Part shown: one piece after another, positions 38,601-51,700 of the stretch
Layout of the letters: every line of letters starts with the position of its first letter
Position numbering within the stretch: position 1 is the first letter of the stretch
Origin: Takakia lepidozioides
Taxonomy: Eukaryota > Plantae > Bryophyta
Direction: 5' to 3'
Assembly (NCBI GenBank): GCA_030704615.1
Contig: CM060734.1
Coordinates: 28,706,001-28,770,000, forward strand
DNA length: 64,000 nt
Notes under the pieces: generated by a model
Database searches by the model: none
Told to the model about the DNA's origin: nothing
What the model saw: only the letters and a program-made list of their open reading frames with translations
Position numbers and translations under genes: made by a program

Positions 38601-41600
38601 GAAAGGGGGATTAGAGACAGGTTTGTACAACTGGTGAGGTTGTGAGTTTTCATCATGGAGGTGCCACTAGTTGCTGAGGGAAGTGCCGATACGAGCACTA
38701 GCGATACTAGTGGATACATGAGACGAGGTGTGCGGTTTAGGCCACCTTCACCTTCTGTGTCTTCTGAGGATGGTTCTGGTTCAGACTCTGAGAGATCCAC
38801 GCCGCAGGTGCAAGCTATTTCCTTGCCATTGTTGTGGGACACGATGGAGAAAATGTATGGAGCTACCAAGGGGCCACGTCGGTACTGTGGAGCTGTGGGC
38901 ACCATCAAGCTTGATGATTTCATACAGGAGTTTGATAGTTGGTGTGATTTGCAGCAGATGCGCAATCCACAACTGTTTATGCCTTTTATGGCTTGGAAGG
39001 GGCTGTTTCAGCACCTTGAGGGGCCGCCAATGGGCGATTACCATGAGTTTAGGCGGGGACATGAGGTGGAGATTGAGGAATGGCGGGAGTATTGGTCACC
39101 TGACTATATCTCCATCACCAAAGGCACAAGAGCAGCGGCGACACCAGCAGCTACACCAACATCCCCAACTGCAAGCACTAGTAGTGGGACAAGTGGTACA
39201 TGAGCTGGGAAATCCACTCAAGTTTCTGTTGCATCACCAGCATCCGTGCCTGTCTTTAACCCAGTTGTGGAGTTCTTCGAGGAGTTGAGGAGAAACTACC
39301 AGGGGATAAGGACAGAGAAGTTGCGCACAGAGCTTGCAAGAGTTCCAACGGAGGCCTACTGAGAGTTTGAGGGAGGCTTACACGTGCATGAGACGCTTGA
39401 TAAATGTAGCCCAAGGGGTTACGGAAGCTCAGGCAGTCCAATTCTGGTATGGGATATTGGACAAGGAGTTGAGGAGAAGGGTGCGGGATGCAACTCTCAT
39501 ACAAGTGGCCCAACCCACCCTAGCAAATGTATTTTTGCTAACAGAGCGGATAGAGCTCAACATGATGGAGGAGCGAGTGGTTATGGTGGGGTTTGGCAAG
39601 GAGACACAAAGAAGTGGGGTTCCTAGCCAACAACAATAAACCCCCCAACGTGCTCAAGGCAACAAGGGGGCTCAGACGAAGCCCAGGGAAGGTCAGAGGG
39701 GATCTCAGATGCAAAGGTCTCTTCCTTCATTCTCAGGCCAACAACAGACGAGTGTGTCATGTTGGGATTATGGATGACCATATGTGAAGAAGGATTGCCC
39801 AGAGAGAGGCAAAGGGTCGGCACCTGCAAACCTACACAATTACAATGTGGGAATTGTGGCAAGTATGGGCATGAGGAGGCCCATTGTTATGATTTGCATC
39901 TTGAGCTCCGGCCAGGCCAGTTCCAAGGGAACAATGGTGGCCGAGGACGAGGCAACGTAGTCCAGAGAGGTAGAGGAGGCAGAGGTCGTGGTGGAGGTCG
40001 TAACCAAAACCAAGGAGCACATGGCTAAGGTCAAGGTCATGACCAAGCTAACATGGTGGATAGGCTTGCCCAACTAGAGCAACGTCTTGCTGCCATGGCC
40101 ACTACTCATAATGCGCGAGCTCCAAGGCCTGAGGTTCAAGCCCCACCTGCACAACCTCCTATGCCTAGGGAAGATCAAATTGGTATGGGCTTCATGTGTG
40201 GAGCCGCACTTGCAGGGCCATTGCATGTACTGGACTCTGCTGCTGCTGTCACTCGAGCAGCAACGCGTGCTCCTGAACCAAGAAGAGCGGATGTGGATTT
40301 TGATCCACAAAGGGGGGAAGCAAGTCGTCAGACAAGGCTTCCACAGTCATTTACATTGGATGAGACAGTGTCACCTATGCCATCAATGGCACCCGCTCGC
40401 CCAAGTGTGTCAGAGATAGAGCCACGAGTGTCATTGGGGAGAGTTGGTGTGGCTCGGGAAATACCAGTGGGTGGTGCTGCAAAGCAAGGTGTAGCCAGTA
40501 CATTGTTGGGGGCGGCTAGGGCGGTTTGCCAAGCTCCATTGTTTTCTGCAATGATCATTGCAATGCCGGGGATTCAGCCAGCTGTTGTGTTCAGACTAGC
40601 AGCTAGACTCTGTGAGAGTGGTGATGCATCGGCACTATCTGCGGGGATAGCAGATAAGGTACAGTCTATGGATGCCCTGGATTTGAGGGTGAAGTCAGCC
40701 ACAGCTGCGCCATGGCAAACGGCAGCTGCAAGGTTTTAGGAGTTGCCAGCTAGGCCAGCCATTGAGCGCAACATGGTGACTCCTGGGGTAGTCGTGGTGG
40801 ACAATCAGGATGCAGTGTCTCAATTGAGTGGCCCAGCTGGGAGGAAGTATAGGCCACTATGGGTTTTGTTGGACTCGGGAGCACAACCATTGATGTTGGG
40901 GAAAGCAGCAGTTGCAGGCTTGGGCCTTACAGAGGCGGATTTGGAGCCTTGCCCTTTTCAAATTCAGACATCTTTGGGTGGTTCAGAGAAGGTGCGGGGG
41001 ATTACACGCCATGAGCTCTACATTCGATTGCAGCCAGATCATCCTACGGATGGCTCAGTCACAAGAGCTAAAGCCATTGTTACGGACGCGATGTCCTATG
41101 ATGTGCTTGTTGGTGGGGCTGTGTTATACCCAATGGGATTTACTCTGGACTTTTCGGAGGAAACGACGTCCTATAGGCCGGAGTGGCAGTCAGGGGATGG
41201 CCGACGTGCACTACTCCTAGTGCGGTTTATTGGGAATGTAGCGGTGGATCATAGGAACATGATGCCAACATTGGCTGCATTCTTAGGTGTGGTGGCTTGG
41301 AGGTGGTGAGCTCTTGGAGGGCAATAGCCATGCAGATGATAGACCACCACCTGATGGGGACGAGCAATTGGCATACAAGGCTGAGTTGCTTCATCATGTT
41401 CCTGTGCATAGCTCACTGTGGGGTACAGTTGGGGATTTGTAGCGAGTGGCAAGCCAGTGTGTGCAACAAGCATGACATGAGGCATTTCCATCGGTAGGTG
41501 AGGGGAGTTTAGTGACATCACCTGGACCTCCTCAGTTAGCTCCATTGGACACAGTGTCTATTATCTGGTAACCACCTGATTCAGGCATTTGTTTGTTGGA

Positions 41601-42720
41601 CCTGTTTGGAGGCATAAACACTGGGCTTGCAGGAGTGTTGCAAGCAGGAATCAAAGTACGCAAGTACTTGTATGTGGAGAAGGATGAGATTGCTCGGCGT
41701 GTTTCCATGCGCCATGTTGCCTACGTATCAGTATCCTGAGTTGTTGTCTCTCTCAGCAATTCAAGGGTACCAAAATGCCTTGCCAGCAGACATTACCATG
41801 ATGGGGGCGGAGGATTTGGATCGGCATGGTCCCATTGACTTGGTGATAGCAGGGTGGCCTTGCCAAGGACATTCTCTCGCAGGTCATGGTAATGGTTTGC
41901 ATGATGCATGATCGCATTTGTTTTGGGAGATGTTGCGAGTGTTGCATGACTTGCTGACGAGGCAAGTGCAACCTGTAGCCTATATCTTGGAGAATGTTCC
42001 TCTTATGGGGGATTCTCGGGCCAGGGTTATGGCCAGTGTGCATCAGGTGCGGTTGTGGATTGGATCGGCGGTGCTATTGGATGCAGCAGCGGTGGGATCA
42101 CGTGTGTATCGACCTCGATTGTGGTGGACCAATCTTGCACCACCATAGCTGCTCAAGAGAGCATACAATTCCATTCAATGGCCACCCAATCTCACGGTTG
42201 AGGGCATTTTGGACCAAGGGAGGCAACCGGGGTGCGACATGATGACCATCCACCTTTGGCGGTGGTCAATCAAGCGGGGCAGCCGTACGGCCTTGCCTAC
42301 GCTCATGAGCTTTCCCTCGTCTCATGCTTTTTGAGACAATGGTCCTGGGTTGATTTGGGATAGTGTGCTACAACAATTGGTGGAGCCCAATGGGGATGAG
42401 CGAGAGCGGGTAATGGGGTTTGTCACGGGCGCTACAGTTGTGCCAGCTTTGTCAGAGGCATCACGCCGACATGTGTTGGGTCAAGCAATGGATCTAAATT
42501 GCTTGACATGGGTCATTGGCTTGTGCATGACTGAGCAATGGAGATTGCAAGCAGTGGTGGCTACTTCGGCACTCCCATTGGATAGTGCATCTTCCCTGCC
42601 AACCGGGACGGTTGAGGCAGTGAGTAGGGGCGAGCACAGGATCGTGGCAGATGTGGGATGAGATGCGGAGAGAGAGAGAGAGTCATTGGATCTCTCAAGG
42701 AGCAATATGAGGAGTGGGGA
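35622..42720 (+). mobile_element. Diverged relative of the DNMT-Gypsy family, copy 3 (A repeat 35622-35976, gag-PR-DNMT pseudogene ~38655-42660), 3' part lost at a Mutator-like end
   Basis: Starts TGTCA; TTATCA plus self-complementary PBS; MEKMYGATKGPRRY, LLDSGAQ, GWPCQG, ILENV, LGQAMDLN; many stops and frameshifts. Confidence 0.9.
37378..38060. repeat. Minisatellites in the 5' leader of copy 3: ~20-21 bp unit (GGAACAGTAACTATAG..) at ~37378-37545, then ~60-66 bp TTTGGAG-rich units
   Basis: Directly visible tandem units. Confidence 0.8.
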
Positions 42721-43699
42721 GAGCAGGGATGCCTCGGCGTGAGCCTGGTCACGTGAGCGCGTGAGCGCAACTGCGCTCACGCCACGTCACCTTGCGCAAA
42801 TGCCACGTCACGGGGCTCACTCCACGTCATCACACGTGAAGGCCTCGTCACCACGCGCCCAGAAAGAAGTGGAGTGTATTCCCGCGGATTGGCACCCTTT
42901 ACCGCGGAAACAAGCTGGACGACATAATGAAAGGCATTGAATAAAGGATGGATGAATGTACAGTTGGATGATAAACAGATGGATGAGTGTGAAAAATGAA
43001 TGTAGATGGATGAATGAGGGATGGATAAGAGTAAAATGGATGAATGTATAATGGATGTTGAGCAATGACAAAAATTCATGACAGGAAGATGCATGACCAA
43101 ATCTTTTGACGAATGCACAACGTATATGAAATGAGTGTGGAAGGTTTGTGGGGTGGATTAAAGAGTACAGAGGATGAATGTACAATGGATGTTGTACAAA
43201 GGAAAAAATTCATGAATGGAGCACGCATGAATACAGTGTAGATGAATGCACAATGGATATGAGAAGAGTCAGGGAGGTTTGTGAGATGGATTCATACATA
43301 TTGCAATTTAAACGAAAGTTGATTCTGTGATTATTATTTGTTCTAAAGGAACAACTACGGTGGAGGAAGGGGATTCAACGTTTTCCAGATAATATGAAAA
43401 TGAATATTAAAAGAATATAGTTCAGTCTGACTCAGAGTCAGTACAATGTATCCCCGCTTCCTCTGCATCTAAGTCTAAGTATTTTAGAACACCGGATCCA
43501 CGCTGGATACACCTACGGCTGGCCACTAAAAAGTCAGGGGATAGGGACTCGGCCGCGTGAAGTGCCATTGCTTCGGCATAAACAGGAAGCAGAAAATTGG
43601 AAAGGGGGCTGTCGAAAACAGACTCGCCAGAAATGACTGTATCTCCTGAAGATCCACCGCTGCCTTTCCTGAAAGACAGCCTGAAAAAATTATTACTGT

Positions 43700-46600
43700 A
43701 ACTTTGATGTTATCGAGAAATTGAGTATGACTCCCAAAGAGGGTTTAGCACTTACTCACATGAAAAGTCGTTGTCGACCTGCTTATCTTCGGGATCGTCA
43801 TCATTTCGAATTTGAATCCGATCAGTCTATGTGCCTGAAGTGGAGCCAGACAAAAGGGGGAGGAGCACTGTGTTGTAGAGGTCAGAATCACCCTCCATGC
43901 CAAAAAGGCTTCTTCCGCCTGCCTTGCATGCATGGTAAGTTGCTCCTGCACCAGACAGGAGAACATGAACAGTTTGGAGGGGGGGATTTAAGCAGATGAA
44001 ACTGTTGAAAGGAAACCAATTCGGAAGGGAAAAAACAAACCTGTGGACACAGAAAGATCGACCACCCGTGCAGAGCGGTGGCTGCATGACTCCAGCAGTA
44101 TTTGCATGAACGCTGGTGACTTTTTCTTTGCACCTCTCCAGGGAGTGCCATCTGGTCTCTTCAGAGTCTGACTGGACTGCATGAAGTTGTACAAAATGTC
44201 ATCGACATGGGGCTCATAGGGGGGGTTGACGAAACAACCCTGGTCAGAAATCCCAAGCTGCGGATGGAGGATGGTGTCTTTGAGGTGCGAATCCTCCGCA
44301 GGCAGATCGCCTCGAATATCCTCTTCTGCCAAAGATAGCAGGTTAGTGTGGTAAACACAATCTATAGTGGAAGTGTGTACATCGGCTATTCAGAACTCAG
44401 ACACCAAAAAATCATGAATCGGTGATGATCGGTGTCGATCATAACACATTCTACTAGAGTGGAGCTGCAGAGAAAATTGAAACTCGTGATCAAAGCACAA
44501 GCAGAAGGGAGACGGCATACCAGCTGACCAGGGAAACCCCCTTTCACAAGGTAGAGGCTGTTCACACAATTCCATGTGCGCAAAACTTCAAACCCTGAAG
44601 ACTTGAGGTATGATGCCAATGCCCGACGACTATCATTGTCACATGACTGAAAAAGCAGAAGTGTCCCTGCATCAGAGAGGAAGTTGTTACAGAACCCGAA
44701 CACCCAACTCCAGTAGTTGTCCTCGAATTTGTTCCAGCCTGGCGTCTTGCCCTTTGGAAGAACTTCTGGCACAGCCTGGCCATCCGGGATGTCGAGAATG
44801 ACAATGTCGGCCGCATAAGTTTTCTGCACACCGCTCACGAAGGTGGGACCTGTGCTCACCTGCAATAGACATCTTTTTTATAAGAACGATGGCAAGATTG
44901 TTTTCAAAGAACGAGACTGAAATACTGCCAACGAAACTTTCAGAGAAAAAGGAAAGAAACTAGAATTCTCACCAGATTGAGGAATGAGATTATATTGTCC
45001 CAGGTAGGGGATGGCACCCCAGTGTAACCTTTCTTTCGACTCTGCATCATCGAAAGCCAACCCTCATTAACAATTTTCATCTCTCCTGCTGAATCAGAAC
45101 GGGAAGGGTGTGGCTTGGCATCGAACACGCACTGAAGAGTGCGGGTATATCTTCCAGCAGTAAAGTCCTGCCCACTCTCCATCTCCTTTTCATTCTCCTT
45201 CCCCTTGTCATTTTCCTTCTCTTTGGACTTGTCTTTGTCCTTTGGCTTTGCTGGTGAGGTTGGCTATGACATCAACAGCCTTGTCTTTTGGTTTGCGGCC
45301 CGCCTTCTTTCCCTTCTGCAGCGTTCCCTGAGCATCAAGCTCCTTGGCAGCCAATGTTGCTATGTTTCGTTGATACTCTTCGTCAGTCAAAGGCGCCAGC
45401 ATCTCAGCGTTATTGTTCAAGTATTTCATATGCTGTTCTTGAAAGGTCGTGTGCTCAGGTGGGCAGTCAAGGTACCACCCACAGTCTCTGAAGTGAGAAG
45501 GACTCCAGTCCTTCAATATCCCTGCAGTATACATGGTTGGATCGTTTGCAGGGTTCGACCACATGTCAAGATAGTCGGGAATTCCGCTCAGGTGATTTCC
45601 TTCCATAAGCACATATTTCGTGTACCTGAAAAAAGGAGATAAATCCCAACCCACAAAAGCGCTCAGTGCGTAAGATGCAAGTAGAACAGAATAAAAAAAA
45701 CATAGATTGAAATGGCTCTGAGAACTGCTCCAAAGACCTTTCAGGACCACACTACTGCTCCAGATATGAATGTCGTCAACGCCATTCAGAACATTCCATT
45801 CAATGATACTGTAAATACACCCTAATCCAGGTGAATGCAAATTATCGTTTAGGAATGACACAGACATAGAAGTGAATGTCGTCAACGACATTCACTAATG
45901 AAGCCAAATTATTACTTAAATGAAGCAAAATCACAGGATGGAAATCAAAAAATCGAGTAAGGAACCCTCCAAGAAAACTCAATGCACATTCATAACGAAC
46001 ATATCACTGAGGACCTCACAACATCACTGTATGTGAATGGCGTCAACGCCATTCAGAAAAATACCAAAAAGAAACCAATTACTTAGCTCCCAATCCATGT
46101 AAATTCAATTTGTCGCTGTTGAATAATACAGACACAGCAGTGAATGTCGTCAACGACATTCACTTTGGATTTCTCATAACAGAGCTTATCAAGCCTCTAG
46201 ATTCCTCGCAAGAGGCAAAAACAATGCAGAACAACTGAATGTCTGCATTGACATTCAGCAAAATGAAGTGAGGAACCCTCACTGTAACCTCTATGGACAT
46301 TACAAAAATTTACATAACTCTGAGGACCTCTCAACAACTCCGTATGTGAATGTCGTCAACGCCATTCAAGGACATTATCAATTCTAATCAGGGACAATAT
46401 AATTGCACCCTTAGATCCTAACCAGGTGAATTCATATACTTGCTTAAGAATGACTCAGACAAAGAAGTGAATGTCGTCAACGACATTCAATCTGGATCTA
46501 AGATTGCAATCCATATGAAGCCACATTTTTTCCCAAAAAAAACAGTAGAGTTTCAAGTATGACATTGCACCTGTACACAACTCGCATCATGGCCCACTCT

Positions 46601-48523
46601 CCTCCAACCTGACCGTCAAAGTCGTTGGACCGTAAAATGTTACCATCTTTGGAGAACTCCCGGAAAAAACAGTATCTCCAGGTGAGACCTCTCCACTTCC
46701 TTATGTATGCCTCCAATGACATTTGGGGAGGGGAAACAATCGAAATGTTCAGGTCCTTTAAAGTCTGATCCAGCACAATGACGGCGCGCTTTTCGAGCTG
46801 CAAATAGTATATTTGTCAGAATTGCAAATAAGATACTCATCACATAGACACTACAGACGGAATGAAATCTCCTGGATGACTTACTTGTTCACGTCGTGCA
46901 TAGCTGTAAGAAGCCTAGCGATGTCGTTTCCAGGATCCAAAACCATTACCTCCACAACACCATGCTTGTCTTTGTCTTTCGAATGGTGTTTCTGAATGTA
47001 TCCCATCCATGCCAGCAATCGGTGGTTGCCGTCCTAGACGTAGAACATGTGGTTGCAGAATTGTTGGGTGTTCTTTCCCATCATGAGGCCCAGCTCGAAC
47101 TCCTCATTGGCATCTTTTCAGCACTCATCCCAGTTATCACTGATCTCTGGAGACACTAATGTGCTTTTCCCATTTATATCCGTCAGTGACACATTAAAAA
47201 CTTGTGCACCAAGTCTATATCCATGCACAAAATCACTCTCCAATTTTGTTATGTCATGGGAAAGAGGTGGACGCACAACAGGCATTGATATCATCCGGCA
47301 CAGAGGTATGTCCAGACGCCCTCCAGATACGAGCATGTCCCTTATAACCTCCTGAGAGTTTACCTTCTGGAATGACATGAGTTCTTTCACCTTGTCAAGG
47401 TAGTGCACTTCGGATTCATCTGCTTCATCTGTATTCTCTAAGCTTTTTGCGGACTCGTCCCCGTCTCCAGATCCTTTCCCCTCTGATCCTGTAGGCTTCG
47501 ACCTCACAGTTTTCTGCACGATGCCATTCAGTTCTGACTGAGTGATTTGCAAATAGTGAATGGCGGTAACAACCATCACTCTGTCTCAAGGAAACTCACC
47601 ATGAATGGTGTGAAAGAATTCAGCACAATCTACACAAGCAAAGCTGAGACTGTCGTATTCAAAACAAAAGCGAGAGCGATAGCGAACGGCGTTAACGACA
47701 ATCACAAAAGATAACGACCTGCCGGATCGGTGTTGTGTAATGACATACATGTGCAACTGATTGGCGGCAACGACATTCAGTGTAGTTTAGGGCGGATAGT
47801 AAGTGCAGACTCTCTCTTCAAACACATAGGTACATAAATCTCATGAGGAGAATCGAATGGCGTTAACGACGCTCGCAATTCAGTAGTTCCTGCTAAAGAA
47901 GGGAAGAGGAAGGACTCCTTGAAAGGCAATCAGACAGATTGTATGATCTGAACACCAGTGAATGACTCTACCGATAGTCACCAACTCATTGTGCTGTAAA
48001 CCCTTCGCAGAGAAGTAGAAAGCAAATCACCTTTGTGATGGTCGGTAGCGACAATCCCTGTCTGGGACATTCCACTCAATCTCTACGCATATCTTCAACA
48101 ATGAAATGTAAGTTAGATAAAACTTACTGGCACCTTCTTAGGTTTTGAAATTTGATCCCCTTCTGCAGCTTTCCTCTTCTCTCTCACATCTGCTGGAATT
48201 TCTGTCTGCGCTAGGGTTTCTTGACCTTCTCCCGGTTCGGCGTTCCGCGTGCTTCCACCTCCTTCAGTGTCCCTGCGAATCATCTCTGCCTCCACAGGCT
48301 GGCGCACTCTTATCGCCGACTGTGTCACAGCCGCTGCCTCAGTCTCTGTCTGCTCTTGTAAATCAGTCTCCGCGTTCACCTGCTGCCTTGGCCCTGTGTT
48401 CTCCAACAAACAACGCCTCGTCATTTTCTCTCTTGCTCTGCGTCTCTCTCTAAGGGAAGTAAAATAAAGAGACTTTCTTCTCTTTCGTATTCTAGAAGGA
48501 ACCCTCTCCAGCTTGACTACCAC
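43700..48523 (-). pseudogene. Multi-exon gene: acidic N-terminus - ParB/Srx-like domain - helical region - beta-class N4C/N6A DNA methyltransferase-like domain (damaged; ~790 bp deletion at ~46846); boundaries approximate
   Basis: DGNHR motif at ~47030; ADIVILDIPDG (DPPY position) ~44800; PWRGAKKKSPAFMQILLESCS..VVDLSVSTG ~44040-44150; ACKAGGRSLFGMEGD ~43900; GT-AG exon borders such as VNK/GTAAG. Confidence 0.7.
45767..46489. repeat. Intronic array of seven ~22-26 bp palindromes, consensus TGAATGTCGT-CA-ACGACATTCA
   Basis: Sites at 45767, 45871, 46034, 46139, 46235, 46347 and 46468; four degenerate sites at 47555, 47683, 47757 and 47854. Confidence 0.9.
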
Positions 48524-48743
48524 TCTCCCTCTAAGCGCGAAAAGTAGAAAAACGCAGTGACTCCCGATTTCTTGCGGGATTGCCTGCGTTCTTGCGTGTC
48601 TCTAGAAGCATCGGATTCCCTCCCGCGTGACCGTTACACATAGTCATTCCCTTATTAGTGCACATGCCAGCAATTGGTGTACAGCTGTTCGTATTCAGTT
48701 ATGGATGTCTGACGTGTGTCGCCCAAACACTGCCCCACCAAAA

Positions 48744-51700
48744 TGTGTCAACGCCATCCATGGCACCTAGTTCTCGCCCGACTGTTACCGAGGCGGAGGT
48801 TTCTATGCCATTGGGGAGAGCTACACGTGCAGCACTGACACCTGCTGCCAAGGCTAGTGCGGCCGGTGTGTTATTGGGGGCAGCCACCTCTGTGTGTCAG
48901 GCCCCACTGTTCTCGGCAACAATGATTGCGACGCCGGGGGTGAGACCAGCTGTAGTGTTCCGACTAGCAGCAACACTCTGTGAGAGTGGGGAGGTCACTT
49001 CATCTTCTGCGGAGTTAGTGGAAGGTGTAGTGGCAGAGGGATCCTCGGATTTGAGGGTCAAGACTGCCACGGCTGCGCCCTGGCAAGCTGCAGCTGTCAG
49101 GTTGACGGAGCTGCCGGCTAGGCCAGCCTTTGAGCGCGCCATGGTGACACCTGGAGTTGTCTTGTTAGACAACCAGGGAGACATTTTCACTTTGAGTGGA
49201 CCGGCAGGCAAGAAGTACCGGCCACTGCGGGTCTTGTTGGACTCGGGAGCTCAGCCACTGATGTTGGGCAGAGCTGCTATTGCAGGTTTGGGCCTCATGG
49301 AGGCGGATATGGAGCCTTGTCCTTTCCAGATACAGACATCTCTGGGAGGATCAGAGCAGGCTCGGGGCATGACACGGCATCAGTTGGCCATTAGACTGCA
49401 GCCGGATCATCCTATCGATGGCTCAGCAATGCGAGCCAAGGCCATTGTGACAGACGCAGTCTCTTACGATGTCCTCGTTGGTGGGGCAGTGTTATACCCC
49501 ATGGGCTTCACCCTGGATTTTTGGGAGGAGTCAGCATCCTACAGGCCTGGATGGCAGTCAGGCGATGGTCGCCGTGCACAGCTCCCTATGACATTCATTG
49601 GGGGTATAGCGGCTGCCTAGCGGGGCAAGATGCCAACACTAACCGCCTTTACAGCTGCAGTTAGTTGGCCTGGAGAGTTGTTGGAAGGCAATGCCCATGC
49701 AGAGGATGTGCCACCTCCAGCAGAGCAGGATGACATGCATGGTATGGTGGAGTTGCCTGCCATGGTTGCTCACACTCCATTGTGGGGTACGAGCAAGGAT
49801 TTGCAGCAGGCTGCTGATCAACGGGTGCAACAAGCCTGGGTAGAGGCTTTTGTTCCGTCAGGAGAGGAGGAGAGTGCGGGTATTGCACCAAGACCACCTC
49901 AGTTGTCACCATTGGATACCACACCTATTGTGTGGCAGTATCCAGATGAAGGCATTTGCCTTCTGGACTTGTTTGGCGGGGTCAGCACCGGATTGGCTGC
50001 TGTGCTACAGGCAGGTGTACGAGTTTGACGTTACCTGTATGTGGAGAGGGATGAGACTGCACGACACGTCTCACTGCGCCATGTTGCTCAGTTGGTACAG
50101 CAATACCCTGACTTGTTGCCAGTGTCTGCAGTTCGTGGATACCAACAAGCCTTGCCAGCAGACATTTCTTTGCTGGGGGCGCAGGATTTGGAGCAGGTTG
50201 GCTCCATTGAACTGGTAGTGGCAGGTTGGCCCTGCCAAGGGCATTCATCAGCCGGGCATGGCAATGGATTGCGAGACTCAAGGACGGGTCTGTTTTGGGA
50301 GATGGTGCGGATTTTGCGCTGCTTGCAGCTTCATCAAGCTATATCTCCAGCATACATCTTGGAGAATGTACCACTGATGGGTGATTCTCGGGCCAGGGTG
50401 ATGGCCAGTGTGCATCAAGTCCGGTCGTGGCTTGGGTCAGCAGTGTTGCTGGATGCAGCTGCAGTGGGGTCTTGAGCTCATCGTCCACGGCTTTGGTGGA
50501 CTAACTTGATGCCACCCGCACTACTCAAGCGTGCATTTGATGGGGTGCAGCGGCCAGCACACCTCACCGTGGATGGCATTTTGGACACAGGGAGACAGTC
50601 TCAACGTGTGAGACACGATGACCGTTCGCCTTTGGCAGTGGTCAACAGGGTGGGTCAACCACGAGCAGCATTACCTACACTGCTCAGCTTCCCAGGATCT
50701 CATGCTTTTCGGGATGGTGGACCTGGCCTCCTGTGGGATGCTCAGTTGCAGCAGTTAGTGGAGCCTAATGCCGACGAGCGAGAGCGGGCTATGGGATTTT
50801 CCACTGGGACCACGGCGGTGCCTTCTCTTTCTGAGGCATCACGGCGTCAGGTGTTGGGGCAAGCAATGGATCTCAATTGCTTGACTTGGATTATCAGCTT
50901 GGCTATGGCTGAGCAACGTAGAGTGCGGAGTGCACTCCCCTTCATGGTCTCTCTGCCTACCGAGACGGTACAGGCAGCGAGTGGGGGCGAGCCGGTGAGG
51001 ACCACGGGGTGTAGACATCCACGGCACACGTGGGAGGTGCTCGAGGTCCAAAGGGAGTTGGCAGCCAAGGTAGCTGTGATGGATGAGGTTGGGGATTTTT
51101 CTCGGGTTGAGGAGGTTCTCAATGATGAGATGATGGGGCAGGATGAGGCCTTGTCATTGACTGAGCAGGAAGGGGGTACTGCTCAAGAGGTTGCAGCATA
51201 GCAACCACGGGACGCGTCCTCTACCTCTAAGCCCACTGGACTTAAGGTTGCAGTTACGGAGGACAATTGGGAGCCTGACATTGGATCCATTGTCACCGGA
51301 GGAGAGAGACGACGTATACGGCGGTTCCTGAGGGCTTACAGGAATTGCTTTGCCTTCAGTTTGAAGGACTTGGGAGCACTGAAGGGTCAAGAGATCCGTA
51401 TTGAGTTGGCCACTGACACGCCAATCTTTCGGAGACCCTATAGATATAGTGACATGGAGAGGTCTTTGATTCAGATGAGGACTCAAGATCTCTGGGAGGC
51501 AGGTTTGGTGGAGCTCTCTGGTGGAGAGTATGCTTCAGCCACAGTGATGCCAGCTAAGAAGGATGTCTATGGCAATTGGACGGAGAGACGTATGTGCGGT
51601 GATTACCGGCCTGTAAATCGTCAGACCAAGTCCGATAGGTATGCCATGCCAACACCAGAGGAGATCTTTGATGCCATTGGGCATTCCAAGGTCTTTAGCA

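Larger units (their letters stand above)
42722..48727. mobile_element. Mutator-like DNA transposon, copy beta: left end plus ParB-like/methyltransferase gene, truncated
   Basis: Left end AGCAGGGATGCCTCGGCGTGAGC is an imperfect inverted match (17/23) to the end at 60714; GCCACGTCA subterminal repeats; GGATGAATG repeats ~42950-43300; 47381-48727 is duplicated at 54667-56012. Confidence 0.75.

Noticed and set aside
44200-44240. NPPY in ORF 43988-44332 as the methyltransferase catalytic motif
   Set aside because: Falls in a likely frameshifted or low-confidence stretch; DIVILDIPDG occupies the expected strand-4 position. Not fully excluded
45767-46489. CRISPR-like repeat-spacer appearance
   Set aside because: Eukaryotic intron, spacers of ~70-140 bp that are related to each other by tandem duplication, and no cas genes
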